A DNA stretch of 64,000 bases from Azolla caroliniana (taxonomy: Eukaryota > Plantae > Polypodiophyta), in contig JBHGNT010000017.1 in assembly GCA_043228905.1 (NCBI GenBank), forward strand, positions 11,904,001 to 11,968,000. Reading direction: 5' to 3'. The stretch's first letter is position 1, and every line of letters starts with the position of its first letter. This document shows, piece after piece, positions 1-17,865 of the stretch. A model generated the notes under the pieces. That model ran no database searches. It was not told where the DNA came from and was given only the letters and a program-made list of their open reading frames with translations. The translations under genes and the position numbers were made by a program.

Positions 1-73
1 ATATTCAACTATACAACTTTAAGTTTTTAGTTCATTACGGTTTTGAACAATAAGAATGAGCATTTGCACTTAC

Positions 74-4704
<4,631 letters not shown>

Positions 4705-4767
4705 GTTCACTGTCTCCGTGTCTCTACGTCTGCGTTGATGATTCAAATCAAGTTTTCGTCCATGGCC

Positions 4768-4768
<1 letters not shown>

Positions 4769-4802
<34 letters not shown>
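4769..4802. repeat. (CT)n/(GA)n microsatellite upstream of the OS9 start
   Basis: Directly visible; typical of plant 5' UTR/promoter GA tracts. Confidence 0.9.
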
Positions 4803-4804
<2 letters not shown>

Positions 4805-5899
4805 TCTCAGATGTAATCTCTTCTTTGATTTTACATGCCCATTTTGGCCTCTTAAAAGATGTTACTACACATACATGCATATATGTATCTACCTTCGGTC
4901 CATTAATCCATGGTTTAACGGTTTATTGGTTCCAAAAGAATTTAATGGTCTAGTTTTGTTTAAATTTTTAATAAACGGTTTAGTTTCGGTTTAGTTCTAA
5001 AACTCAGGTTTATGAGTTTACAGGTTTCAAGGTTTATTGATTTTCATTTAATTGTTGTTTTTCACCTTAATAGTTTATTAATTTAATGTTTTAATTAATG
5101 GTTTTTTATTGGTTTAATTCATTTAACTTAAATGTCTATTTAATTTAATGGTTTAATTAAAGTTTCTTTTATAGATTTAATCAATTTAACTTAAATGTTT
5201 ATTTAATTGTGCGATTAGGGTGGATCTCCGATTGGGCTTGGACTCGCGTATCAACACTACTCAACTACGTGAAGGATGGCTAGATGAATAATTGAGACCC
5301 CTTGAACATACCGCCCAACCACCCTCTATCCAACCTCAAAACCCTCGCTCTGAGTCATGGGCATCTACTCCATCCGTCAAGAAGACTTAGAAGCCCACGA
5401 CTCACAGGGCCTTCTCTACCCGTCGAGAAGGCCCTCACCTCAATCCAGCAAGGTAGTGTGTTGTGGTTCTGATCACAGAACCCCTCAACACATTAGATGT
5501 GTTACAAGGGGAGGGCGAGTTCCTATTATTAGGAGTAGGTAGTGTGCCTCATGCACGCTGGCACACCCATCCACCCTTGAGAAGATTGTGTTAATGTAGC
5601 AAGCAGCATGTGTATGTATATATTTATGTATGGCATATTGGTATGTATGGCATGCATGCATGCATGTATGTATGACGTGTATATATGTATGTATGTATGT
5701 CAATCTCAAATCTTTCTGTTCTAGTTGGATGCAAGATATGGAAAAATGGTTTGGTAGATTGGATGCAACACATTTACTTCAAGATGCATCACTAGATTCC
5801 TCTATAAATGAGGCATTTTTGCTATGCCAATGTACCATGACATGGGGCAAATGTGGAGGCTCACACTTCACACGTTATACTACACATGTTGCACCTAAT

Positions 5900-7420
5900 T
5901 TCGGAGACACTGACAACACTACGACGACGATAAACAAGATTCGAAGGCTCTGACAAGGAGATCGTCCCACGTCAGCTTACGCATTTGATTTCTGTCTCTT
6001 GGCATGCGATATCCCTTGGGATGAAGCGGCCTTAATGAATCAATTCCATCAATGTTTGCGTAATGATGTCAAAGATCTTTTTCTTACTTTCCATGAAGAT
6101 CTGAAGTCTCTTACAAAGGCCATTAGTTGAGCTGTGCAATGTGATAATCGCCTATTTGAGCGACGTTCTGAGCGCCAACAAATGTTATGTCGCCAACTGA
6201 AATAGACATACGCTTCTGTAGTGACAACGCCTCCACAAGTTTCTAGACCCATTACAAGGGATGGCCCAACTTCAATGGAAATAGAGTCAACACAATGTCA
6301 AGGGCCTTTATCAGATATTGAAAAGTAATGATGTCGAGTGCACCGCCTATGCCTATATTGTGGCAGTCCAGGACATATAGCCGTGAATTGTCCCCATAAA
6401 CCTAGACATCAAGTATACCAAGTAAGTGCACATGACAACCCTACTTCGAGTTCCATTATTACTTCTAATAACATAAGTAAGCCTAATAGTCCATGCCATG
6501 AGAATAGATTTGATGTCTTGAGCCAATTAGAGGATGTGTTAAACGAGTAAGTCCGGCCAAAATAGGAGCCATTTGGTTGGACCATCCTAGATTGTAGAGT
6601 TAGTTCCAAGTCGTGGTTCCATTTCATCAAATCAAGTTAGTAGATTTTTTTCTCCACAAGTGGAGCTTACCACATCTACATGTCATCGAGTTCTAGCCTC
6701 TGCCCTCCTAGATTCTGGAGCCAACTCTTGTTTCATGGATCGTGAGTTTGCATTGTCACAAAACATCCTCTTGAATAAGCTTCCAAACTTAGTAGCCGTA
6801 GGAGTCATTGATGTCCGACCCATAGCATCATTGAACTCCATTACCCAAAGATTGATTGGATGAAAAGAACAATTGAGGAGACCTAGGAATCTCCGACATT
6901 AGATACTGGATCCCATAAGTTATCGACCATATCTCTACGTCGGTTACGTGAGGAAAGGGGAAACGAGGACATGTTCGTATTCGCAATAGTAGCAACTCCA
7001 TCATCCACCTTACATGAAGCACACATTAAACTACCAAAGAAATACAAAAGAGTTCTCAGACATCTTTGATAAGGTGAAGGCCAATACATTGCCAGAGCAT
7101 TGGCCATACGACTAACCTATTGACTTACAACCAGGGAAAGAACATCCATGGGGGCCGATTTATAATATCTCCCCTATAGAGCTAGAGACTTTGCAGGAAT
7201 ATATCGACGAGAATCTAGCAAACGGATTCATTTGGTATTTTAGATCCCGTGCGGGTGCACCTATCTTCTTCGTTAAGAAAAAGAATGGGTCTCTTCGGTT
7301 GGTTGTGGATTATTGAAGGTTAAACAAACTGACTATTCGTAATAGATATGCTCTAGCATTAGTCCCGAATCTTTTGGAACGTCTCAATGGAGCAAAATAT
7401 TTCACAAAGTTGGACCTTCA
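5900..7420 (+). mobile_element. Degraded Ty3/Gypsy (Tcn1-like chromovirus) fragment: gag, CCHC knuckle, protease, start of RT
   Basis: KIRRL-QGDR...WDEAALMNQF gag remnant; CLYCGSPGHIAVNC (6338 ORF); ALLDSGANSCF protease (6660 ORF); RT start with PIFFVKKKNGSLRLVVDY and [15 protein letters not shown]. Many stops and frameshifts. Confidence 0.85.
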
Positions 7421-7421
7421 C

Positions 7422-7610
7422 TATTATGGGCATGACCATATAATATCCCGTGCTGAGAATTGACCATAGTATTCTATACACATGGATAAGTGTGAGGGTG
7501 AAACGAGAGTGTAAAGAAGGGGAGGATTACTTTTAATCCTCGGGATTGAGATCCAAGTTATCCACGTGTATAGAATACTATAGTAAATTCTCACCACGGG
7601 ATATTATATG
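7422..7610. repeat. Fold-back (inverted) fragment of the 5' end of the chromovirus LTR family seen at 8767/51138
   Basis: 7422-7551 is the reverse complement of the LTR end at ~9103-9232; 7558-7610 is an inverted copy of 7437-7489. Confidence 0.8.
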
Positions 7611-8766
7611 TGTGAATGTAAACGTGTGGAAGAGTTAGACAAAACCGGCTCAGCCGGATTGCAACAGAGAATAAGATGAAGGTTTAATGGAGAAGCTTAA
7701 TACACAAAGAGTATACGCGTGAGAGAGAGAGAGAGCAGAACATAAACTCAATTCAAAATATCACTCTGAAAACTCTGTACATACAACGTGCTAAACAACA
7801 CTATTTATACAAGTCCATAAAGGACTGACAAAAGTACTGACAGGTACTTCAATATTCATACATGCGACTGACACTAACTATGAGACAATGATTACCTAGT
7901 AGTCTAGGCTACTACTAGGCTTCCGGTTCCCGCTCGAATCCAACTCTCCGATCCGTCTCCCCGATCCGGCCGATTGTTTCCGGATACCGATCCGGCTCAG
8001 GCTTCTTCAGCCGATCCGGATCCGGTTGAGCTTGCTAGCTCAACACTCCCCCTCAAGCTAAACTTGAGGTCGGATCGTGGTGTTAGTGTTCGTGGCAACC
8101 GATTCTTCTACGCGGCTCCTTTTGGCGTTGCTCCGCCTTGCTTGTACTCCTCGTCCAGTCTGGTCCTGTTTGTTGCGGCCCTTCTGGTTCTGCGCACCTC
8201 GACCTCCTCGGTCGGCTTGTCTGCTCAACATGCCCATTTCAGCTCCCTCGCTGTTGCAACTCCGACACTTGTCGACCCATTGGTTCCTTCGTGTTGGCGT
8301 CGACTTCCGTTGTGTCCGTGTCCATTTGGCCTTTAGTTGATCCGGCTTCTCCGAATCTTGAACTAAATCGGTTTCCTTCGATTCGTTCCAGCTCTTGTCC
8401 AAATCGGTCGCTCCCGATTCGTTCCGGCTCTTGTCCGAGTCAGTGTTCTCCAACTCGTCTTCCGGTTTCATGCCTTTCACCATATCAAACCATGTCCGGG
8501 TCTTGGCCTTCTCCTTTTGGTTGGTTCTGTCCTTCTTGACTCTGCCGCCACTGCCGCTCATTCCGACTTGTTTGGAAGTGTCGACTTCCTTCGTCGACTC
8601 GGCTTCCTTTTTCCCTTTGTCTCCCCCTTTTTTGGTTCTTTCTTCCTCTCCGGCTCCTTGTCCAGTGCCATCTGTTCCCTTTCCTTTTCTTCCCCTCAAA
8701 TGCGGCACGTCAAGATGCTGAACACCAAGCATTTCGGTGAAGAGCTACAACTTCTCCGATCTGAGC
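7611..8766 (-). mobile_element. Ty1/Copia relic: 3' LTR (~7611-8045), PPT, long basic tail ORF; RNase H end continues at 51605-51650
   Basis: Minus-strand PPT agcttgagggggag followed by TGTTGAGC. Removing the 8767-51599 insertion joins YVQTDRQVADIFTKPL to RSEKL*LFTEMLGVQHLDVP, a Copia RNase H C-terminus. Confidence 0.75.
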
Positions 8767-11700
8767 TTTTAGAGACATAGACTAATGTAAGCATTAGATA
8801 AGGATGGAATATAGATGAATAGATAGATCTAGATAGAGAGGAGAGAGAGAAAGAAGGGTGCTGATCCACCCGACAACCCTTGAGCGAAGGGATCGAGATG
8901 AACTCGAGCCTCGATCGGCGTCCCATACCACCGCCTTGGCATCGAGTCGTACCTGGTGCTAGCGCGCTCACTACAAGAGTTGAACCACTCACGAACAATG
9001 TCTCAACGTAGTCAATAGATGATGAAATGAGGGTAGTTAGGCCTCTTATTTATAGTGATACCCAAGGCCCCCAGCCATGTTCACACTTGGCCTAATGGGT
9101 TGTCTCAATCCCGAGGATTAAAAGTAATCCTCCCCTTCTTTACACTCTTGTTTAACCCTCACACTTATCCATGTGTATAGAATACTACGGTAAATTCTGA
9201 CCACGGGATATTATATGGTCATGCCTATAACATACTCCCCCTCTTTAAAATATTGCACTCTTGCAATGGAAAACTAGGGAAGTTAGTTCTGAGAGTATTT
9301 TCGCGTTCCCATGTGGCATCTTTTATTGATTTATCCATCCATTTTATTTTAAATTCTCGGATTTCTTTAGTACGTAATTTTTTTGTTTTAACATTGAGAA
9401 TTCTTTCTGGTACATGTGGTTTAGAAGATAACTCTTCAGAAGTAACCAAAGTTTCAGTTGTAACTGTATTGTCGCCAGAACCTAGAAGTTCTTTTAGACG
9501 ACTCACATGAAAGACTGGATGAATTCCAAAACCATCGGGAAGAGCGAGATGATAGGCGGTACACGTAAAAATACCTTCTGTCCAAGGTTAAAGACACGAG
9601 GTTGCCTATGATGATCAACATAAAAACATGCTTTATCTTGAGCTATTTTTATATTATCTCGTGCAATATGCAATGTATCTTGCATAACCCGAAGAAAGTT
9701 TTGTGTACTTTGCAACTCATCATGATCTATATTAACATCAATTGGGGCTCGTGGCTGAAAACCATACATCAACATAAAAGGACTATATCCCGTCGATGTA
9801 TGCTTGGAGCTGTTATAAGCAAACTCCAAATGTGGGAGATAACGTTCCCATTTTGTTGGTTTTGCACCAACATGTGCTCGAAGAATGTCCTCAATAATTT
9901 GATTTACTCGTTCTGTCTGTCCATCGGACTGAGGATGATTCGTGGTGTTAACCGGCCAACAAGGGAAGTCCAGAATGGGAACCGAGGGGATAATTAATAA
10001 CCGGGAGCTGATTATATATTTATATAGAATTATTATGATTTGAGAAGCGAACGGATGGACACGGAATTGGTATGCCGATTTGGATCCGGATCAGTTCGTA
10101 GCCGGTTGCCGGTTGGCATCGGTTTGTACCTAAAGCCGGAGACCTATAAAAGGGCCAGGCTAGATTGTAATCATCAACGGATAATTAATAGAGTGCTATT
10201 GTTCTGTATTTTAATCATTGTTAATTACCCTTCTGTGCTAAGTTTAATTTATCCTACGCGTGTACTGTGACTAATGATCTTGCCGCTTAGTAACCAATTA
10301 GGGTTCCATTAATCGTCTATCTAACTCTATCTCACCGCAACACCCCTTGGTGAAGTGTCTCAAAGGGACACCCTGTGTTAGGCCATTGTTCGGCCCTAGC
10401 GATAACACAATTTTTTGTCGACCATGATGGTATAATAGAGGAAGACCATCTGCAGGAACTGGTGCACGCCGAGCAGCAGAGCCAGGAGACGCCAAGGCCG
10501 GTTGAGCCGGAAAAGGAGGAAGAGACGGTAAGACCAGTCGAATCGGAAATGGATACAAAGCCAGTCAGACCGACAGAGCCGCAGGCAATGAACGTCAACC
10601 AGCAACAGTCACAGCCGGAGCCAGAGCGGCAAGAAGAGCAGCCACAGCCACAAGAACAACAACAATAGTAGACTACAGAATAGCTTCCCGAAGAACCATT
10701 GGAACCCTTAGATCAGAGCATTCTTGACATTTTGGAGGATGAATGAAGGGCGGATCGTGGGATTCGACGTACAAGGCATTGTCCCACAGGCGTGCCATGT
10801 GTTAGCTGGCCGGCAAGGGAAGTCTAGAATGGGAACCGAGGGGCTCATTAATAATCGGGAGCTGATTATATATTTATATAGAATTATTATGATTTGAGAA
10901 GCGAACGGACAAACACGGAATCGGTATGCCAATCCGAATCCGGATCGGTTCATAGCCGGTTGTTGGTTGGCACCGGTTTGTACCTAAAGCCAAAGACCTA
11001 TAAAAGGGCCCAACTAGATTGTAATCATCAGTAGATAATTAATAGAGTGTTGTTGTTCTGTATTTTAATCATTGTTAATTACCGTTCTGTGCTAACTGTA
11101 ATATATCCTACGCATGTACTGTGACTAATGATCCTGCCGCTTAGTAACCAATTAGGGTTCCATTAATCGTCGGTCTAACTCTATCTCACTGCAACACCCC
11201 TTTGGTGAAGTGTCTCAGAGGGACACCCTGTGTTAGGCCATTGGCCGGCCCTAGTGATAACACAGTTTTTGGCGACCACGACTCCTGCACAAACGCAACG
11301 AACATCGGCGGGCATGGATGACTATGCCAACAAACAACCCGGTTACGGAGCGAGCAAGAAGACTTGCCGAACGATTGTGAAAGCAAGAGGCTTTCCAACA
11401 GCGGTAGAAGAGATCCATGTAGATCGCTCATTTTCCAAAGTAATCCGGCGAGTGGCCGCAGAGTCACGCCGTAGGCAGCAAAATTCCCAACCGAACGAAG
11501 GAAGCAGCTTGAGCAGTCTCCGGGACGCGGAATCCATTTTGCAGGCACTAGTGACAGGGGGAGGCAATTCGGAACCATTCTCAGCCTTTGAATCAGACTC
11601 GAACGATGAATGCAGCGCCCATTCAAATTACCGTAGCAGCCACGATACCCCAGATGGATCAGAGGACGAGCAGTCGGATACCTTGCCGACACCAAAACCA

Positions 11701-12765
11701 GAGTTAACGGAACTGGAAGCCCCAGACCGGCAAGTGGCGGACCAACTTCCGACACCGCCATGTGAGACACCGAAAGAAGAGGAGGAAAGACCTCAGACAC
11801 CAGATGATGACATGCCGTTCCAATATCCCAAGTACCGGGATGATCAGGACGTAGAAGCTCATGTCTATGCATTTCTGCAAACATGGGAAGCAAACCACGT
11901 GTTGCAACGCTTGACCGTCGCCGAAGCAAAACGCTCGAAGATGGCAGAGTTCGGCATGACCTTGGAAGGACCAACAACGCGATGGTGCTTGATGCACACT
12001 CTCGGCACCATCATGACGCTTGAAGACTTAAAAACCAGATTTTTACAGTTCTTCAACAAGGAGATGGATCAACGGGAGATGGTCAGCCTATTCTACACCA
12101 TACGGTAGGAACCTACGGAAACCATTCAACAATTCGTAATCCGATTCCAGTGAATGCACAGTCAGCTCAATCGGGCACCACCGGAGGCAGAGGCTAAAGC
12201 AATATTCCTAGCAGCACTCTGGGAACCCGTGCGTATGGTGTGCGCAGTGATTGATTTCCGCACCAGCACGATCGACCAAGTCATAGAAAGGGTCAGGGAG
12301 ATGGAGAAAACAAGCTTGTGGCTAACAATGGGTGCACTCCAGCGTACATTACCGACAGAGGATGACTTACGTTTTTGGCAAGCTATACAATGTATGACTT
12401 GTCTCAATGCCGGGCACTCGACAATAGAATGTACCATGCAGACACAGTGCATGTTATGCCATTCCAGGATGCACACAATGGACCGATGCGAATATAACTT
12501 GCTGAACCGGCAAGCGGCACCAGTAAGGCAAATTGAACCCCGGAGCAACCGGGAGGAGGAAGAAGAACGTTGGCGGCGAGATGAGCGTTACCGGCCGATG
12601 CAAGATATCTGGAACAGAGACAGAAAGGACGCTCCCAACCGAGACCGGCAAGATAGCTACCAGGATTACAACGGTGAATGATATGAGCGATACAACCGGG
12701 ATCATTCCCTCGGTTACAACCAACGGAGGGAGGATCAAGGAAACTATGAAAACCGGCCCCGACAA

Positions 12766-15024
12766 GCTTGACACCCATAGCCGCAGGTGGTTAAGTGCCA
12801 TGCAGGAGGAGATGGATTCCCTGCATGAGAACCACACATATGAACTTGTGGAGTTGCCGAAAGGAAAGCGGGCACTTCGAAACAAGTGGGTGTTCAAGCT
12901 GAAACCGGGAGATGCCGGAAACCCCCGAGATACAAAGCCAGGATCGTGGTGAAGGGGTTCCAGCAGAAGAAGGGCGTCGACTTCGACGAGATATTTGCCC
13001 CGGTAGTGAAGATGACCTCCATCCGGACGGTGCTGAGCATAGCGGCAAGCATGGACCTCGAGGTAGAACAGATGGACGTGAAGACGGCATTCCTTCACGG
13101 TGACCTCGAAGAAGAGATCTACATGCAGCAACCGGAAGGATTCGAGAAGAAAGGGAAGGAGCACCTGGTATGCCGGTTGAAGAAGAGCCTTTACGGACTG
13201 AAGCAGGCTCCCCGGCAATGGTACCGGAAGTTCGACTCGTTCATGACCGACGAAGGGTACCACAAAACGCAGTCCGATCACTGCGTGTTTGTGAAGAAGT
13301 TCGAAGGAGGAGACGTTCTAATACTCCTCCTGTACGTGGACGACATGTTGATCGTCGGACGGGACCAGGTCAAGATACGGATGCTGAAGAAAGCGCTTCA
13401 CCGAACCTTCTCAATGAAGGACCTGGGTCCGGCGAGGCAAATACTAGGGATGCACATCATCCGGGACCGGAAGAAGAAGCAGTTGTGGCTGTCACAGGAG
13501 AAGTACGTGACAAAGGTGCTTCACCGGTTCAACATGTCGGAAGCAAGACCGGTCGGGTCAACCCTCCCGGCAAACTGCAAGTTGTCCAGCAAGCAAAGCC
13601 CCAAGACAAAGGCTGAGAAGGAGGACATGATGAAAGTACCATATGCCTCTGCCGTCGGAAGCTTGATGTACGCAATGGTGTGTACAAGACCGGACATAGG
13701 ATATGCAGTCGGAGTGGTGAGCCGGTACATGAGCAATCCCGGCAAAGAGCACTGGAACGCGGTCAAGTGGATACTCCGATACCTGAAGGGCACGGCAAAC
13801 GTGTGCCTCCGATTCGGCTCCGGTAAGCCCGAACTCGACGGCTTTACCGATTCGGATATGTCGGCTGATGCAGATACCAGTCGGTCCACATCAGGGTATG
13901 TGATGACGTATGCAGGGGGAGCTGTTTCGTGGCAGTCGAGGCTGCAGAAGACGGTTGCGTTGTCAACCACGGAGGCGGAGTACATGGCGGCTGTTGAAGC
14001 CGGCAAGGAAATAATATGGATGAAGGACTTCATTAGAGAGCTCGGTATCCGGCAGGAGGAGTACCGACTCTACTGCGACAGTCAGAGTGCCATCCACCTT
14101 GCGAAGAACGCGACCTATCACTCCCGGACGAAGCACATCCAGCGAAGATATCACTGGATCCGGGAAAGGATAGAAGACCAGGAGTTCGTGCTGACGAAGA
14201 TCCACACGGACGAGAACGGGTCAGATATGCTGACCAAAGTGCTCACACCCGACAAGCTGGAAGCGTGCCGGAAGAGGGTCGGACTGGAAAGACATCCCAT
14301 GCCGAAGTGAAGGGGGAGTTTGTTGGGATTACGGTCCCTCCGGATGGGATGGTCAGATGTCCGGGAATCAGGAATGAAGACCCGAATGAGGAGTACCCGG
14401 TACTTGGAGCCGGATGATGAAGACCCGGTTCCGGATCCGGATGATGAAGACCCCGGTTCCGGATCCGGATCATGAAGACCCCGGCTACGGAGCCGGATGA
14501 TGAAGACCCCGGCTACGGAGTCGGATGACGAATGTACCCGGAGAGAGATCCGGATGCGGGGACATATTTGTGAATATGTTTTCCAAGAGCCCTTTGAGGC
14601 TATATTTGTAAATAGTCCGAAAGTCATATGTGTATAAATATGACTTAGGGCAAACTGTTTAGTGCTGCTGGCTGTATGTTGTTGCCTATTGTGTATTGCC
14701 ACTCTTATGTGTGCAAGAGTGAAGAGAGCAGCCGAGAGAGAGAGAGTGAGAGAGAGAGACGAAGAGGTCGTTGCCTCTGTGTATTACCGCCGCCTGTGGC
14801 GAAGACAGAGAGCTCAAGGTTGTTGCCTTGTAGCTTCACCATTGTACATCTCTGTTTATAGTGATAGTTGGAGTCTGAGGACTCCCGTGGTTTTTCCCAT
14901 TTAGGGTTTTCCACGTAAAACATCATGTGTACTCTTCTCTCTATTGTCTTCGTGCATTTTGTATTTCCTGTTTTCTGTGAGTTGATCCTATTCCTCGGTT
15001 GTGGCCGAGCACTGTTTTCTAACA
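12766..15024 (+). mobile_element. 5'-truncated Ty1/Copia (Tnt1/Tork-like): RT-RNase H, PPT, 3' LTR 14321-15024
   Basis: Coding region as in the next feature; PPT gaagggggag followed by TGTTGGG...CTAACA. No 5' LTR or TSD found; left junction approximate. Confidence 0.85.
12886..14310 (+). CDS. Copia reverse transcriptase-RNase H (open 474-aa frame, N-terminus frameshifted or truncated)
   Basis: QMDVKTAFLHG, LYGLKQAPRQWY, LLYVDDML, TRPDI, DSD, STTEAEY, RTKHI, SDMLTK. Confidence 0.92.
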   Translation: MGVQAETGRCRKPPRYKARIVVKGFQQKKGVDFDEIFAPVVKMTSIRTVLSIAASMDLEVEQMDVKTAFLHGDLEEEIYMQQPEGFEKKGKEHLVCRLKKSLYGLKQAPRQWYRKFDSFMTDEGYHKTQSDHCVFVKKFEGGDVLILLLYVDDMLIVGRDQVKIRMLKKALHRTFSMKDLGPARQILGMHIIRDRKKKQLWLSQEKYVTKVLHRFNMSEARPVGSTLPANCKLSSKQSPKTKAEKEDMMKVPYASAVGSLMYAMVCTRPDIGYAVGVVSRYMSNPGKEHWNAVKWILRYLKGTANVCLRFGSGKPELDGFTDSDMSADADTSRSTSGYVMTYAGGAVSWQSRLQKTVALSTTEAEYMAAVEAGKEIIWMKDFIRELGIRQEEYRLYCDSQSAIHLAKNATYHSRTKHIQRRYHWIRERIEDQEFVLTKIHTDENGSDMLTKVLTPDKLEACRKRVGLERHPMPK

Positions 15025-17865
15025 AGGACCTCAACCGGGTACTAGAGCGAACGTCGAATCGAGCAACACCCGGAAAGCATACTGCTACTATTGCCGGCAA
15101 GAAGGACATTACAGTAATCAATGTTCGGTTAAAAGCTATGAGAAAAGACTAGCCATAAATATGGTGGTAGCAGATGTCGCCGACATACAACAAGTCACCA
15201 CCAGGGCAAAAGTCAAAACAACGGAGTGGGAAACATAGGAGGCAATCCGAAAGCAAGTGACCGAGTGGGTGAAGAAGGCAAATGAGCAAAATGTGGCTGA
15301 GCTTGAACAACAAAAGGAGAAACCGGAAGGGGCCACTGATACGATTCAGCCGGAAAATCCAACATGGCAAGCGTTACAAGAATGTCAAATTACGCTGCCA
15401 TTGGGTCGGTTATTACAACTAGTGCCCCGGTTTACGGAAGGGCTGAAATCAGGAATGACCACATCAATTCCGTTGCCGGCTCCTGCGTTCTTCTCAAATC
15501 CGGAAGAAGGGCCAATAGTGGTAGACACGAACAGTCTGGCAATCACCGCCATCATCAAAGGACGAGAACTACCAGGGACGATTGTAGACGGAGGATCGGG
15601 CAGGAACATGATTAGTCTACGGACTTGTAATACCCTGGGAATCTAGGAATGGGAGCCTTGCCCGTTTTGGCTCCGGATGGCGGATACAAGTTCGGTAAGA
15701 CCTATTGGTTTGATACGGGATCTAGACATAACTATCAGAGGTCACACATTCCGCATTTCGGCGGTGGTTCTCCAGCTCAATGCGGAAGCAACTTACCCGC
15801 TGTTGTTGGGCCACCCATGGCTAAAAACGGCGCATATCAAACAGAACTAGCGGAAAAACATGATTACCTTCCGACGAGGGAAGACAAAAGTAAGGGTACC
15901 TACCCACCCTCGAGCCAGTACAGGCAAGGAGCTGACACCGCTATATGCGGAAGGTGTAAACATGCTCGAGGGGGTTGCGGACGAAGAGGTTGACCAATAC
16001 TTTGAAAAAAACCCAAAAATTGTACCCCTATTTGAAATCGATATGGCAGAAGCAATGTCACCATATCGAATGCAATCGGACGACGCCGTCGAGGAACCGG
16101 ATCGGGAAGCTATCACAGAATTACGGCAAGCACATGAAGCCCTGGAGAGGGAGATGGCGGTATCCCAACGCGTGAAAGCATCCTAGTTAGAGGAACTGAA
16201 CTTAGGAACCGGAGACGGCGCAAGACCGGTTCATATTGCTAAGGAAATGTCACTATACAACAAGTCGGCGATGATCACTTTATTAAAGGAATTCTAGGAC
16301 GTATTCGCCTGGTCATATGAAGACATGTGGGGGCTGGATCCTCAATTGTACCAACACCAAATACACCTCAGTAAGGATGCCAAACCGGTAGCACAACGGT
16401 GCTACCGGATGAACCCTAACTATGTGGCAAAGGTGAAAGAGGAAATTGACAAGTTGCTACGAGTCGGTTTTATCCGACTAGTGAAAAAAGCTACATGGTT
16501 AAGTCCCATAGTCGTCGTACCGAAAAAAAACGGTAAGATCCGGGTGTGTGTTGATTACCGGAAACTCAATGCGGCGACAGTGACCGACGCCTTTTCACTG
16601 CCGTTTACGGATGGAGTGTTGGACGTGGTAGCTGGTCATGAAGTGTATAGCTTCCTACACGGATTCAACGGCTACAATCAAATAAGGATGCACCCCGACG
16701 ACCAAGACAAGAAGGCATTCGTCACCGAATGGGGAGTCTTTGTCGAAGTAGTAATGATGTTCGGGCTCAAGACCGCGCAGACGACCTTCCAACGAATAAT
16801 CATGGAAATATTTGGCGAGTTCATTTCGGCATTCATGCAGGTATTCCTGGATGACTTCGCCGTGTATAGATGGGAAGGAGAACATCTCCAACACCTACGA
16901 CTATGTCTGGAGAAATGCAGGAATTATCGGCTAAGCCTGAATCCAGCAAAGTGTGTGTTCGGAGTAACAAGCGGTGCATTGTTGGGCCATCTTGTCAGCA
17001 AGGATGGGATCGCGGTAGACCCCGATAAGGTGTAAGCCATCTTAGAAGCCCCGGCACCATCCACGGCCAAAGCTTTGAGTCTGTTTCTAGGGCAAATCCG
17101 GTGGAATAGCCAAATGCTACAGTATTTAGCCGATCTTGCTACACCATTGCATGCCGCGGTTCACCGAACACCGTTCCAATGGACAAATACGGAGGATGAG
17201 GCTTACCGGGCACTGAAAGTACAACTATCAAAAGCACCGGTGGTGCAACCACCGGACTGGTCAAAGGAATTCCACATGTTCGTTGATGCGCCCGACATAA
17301 CAATCGACAACGCACTAATGCAACTGACAGAACCGAAATGGTACCGACCGGTCTATTTATGCGAACTCGACGAGCATCGGATAGCAAGTCTCATGTAGTT
17401 GGAATTGGTGCAGCGACGAAGGAAGGCGTTTGTCGGTCGGCACCGGAAGGGCAATGAGAAGATGTTCGGGATCGGCAAGCCGATACTAGTGTTCCAGACC
17501 CGGATGGGTAAGATGCCGGGAAAGCTACGGTTCCGGTGGACCGAACTGTATTGGATAACACGGGAATTCAATGGTTCATACCAGCTCGAAACGCTCGCCG
17601 GTGAGATACTGGGCAAATGGGTCAATGGGTTTCGACTCAAACCATATTGTGGACCTATGCCACGAAATCTGTTCGAACAGACGGAGGCGGATACAACAGT
17701 AGGAAGCAGGAAAAATGTACCCAATAGTTAGACAGAGCCGGCGTTACCGGATAACAACAAACAAGTGGCCGACAAACATGAATATGGGGAAAAACCGGGA
17801 TACGAACCCGGTGCTTCCGGTTAACTAAAACTCAATTTTAAAAATAAAAAAAGAAAGAAAGAAAG

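Noticed and set aside
5208-5491. Possible small solo LTR (TG...CA)
   Set aside because: No matching TSD, PBS or second copy in the window.
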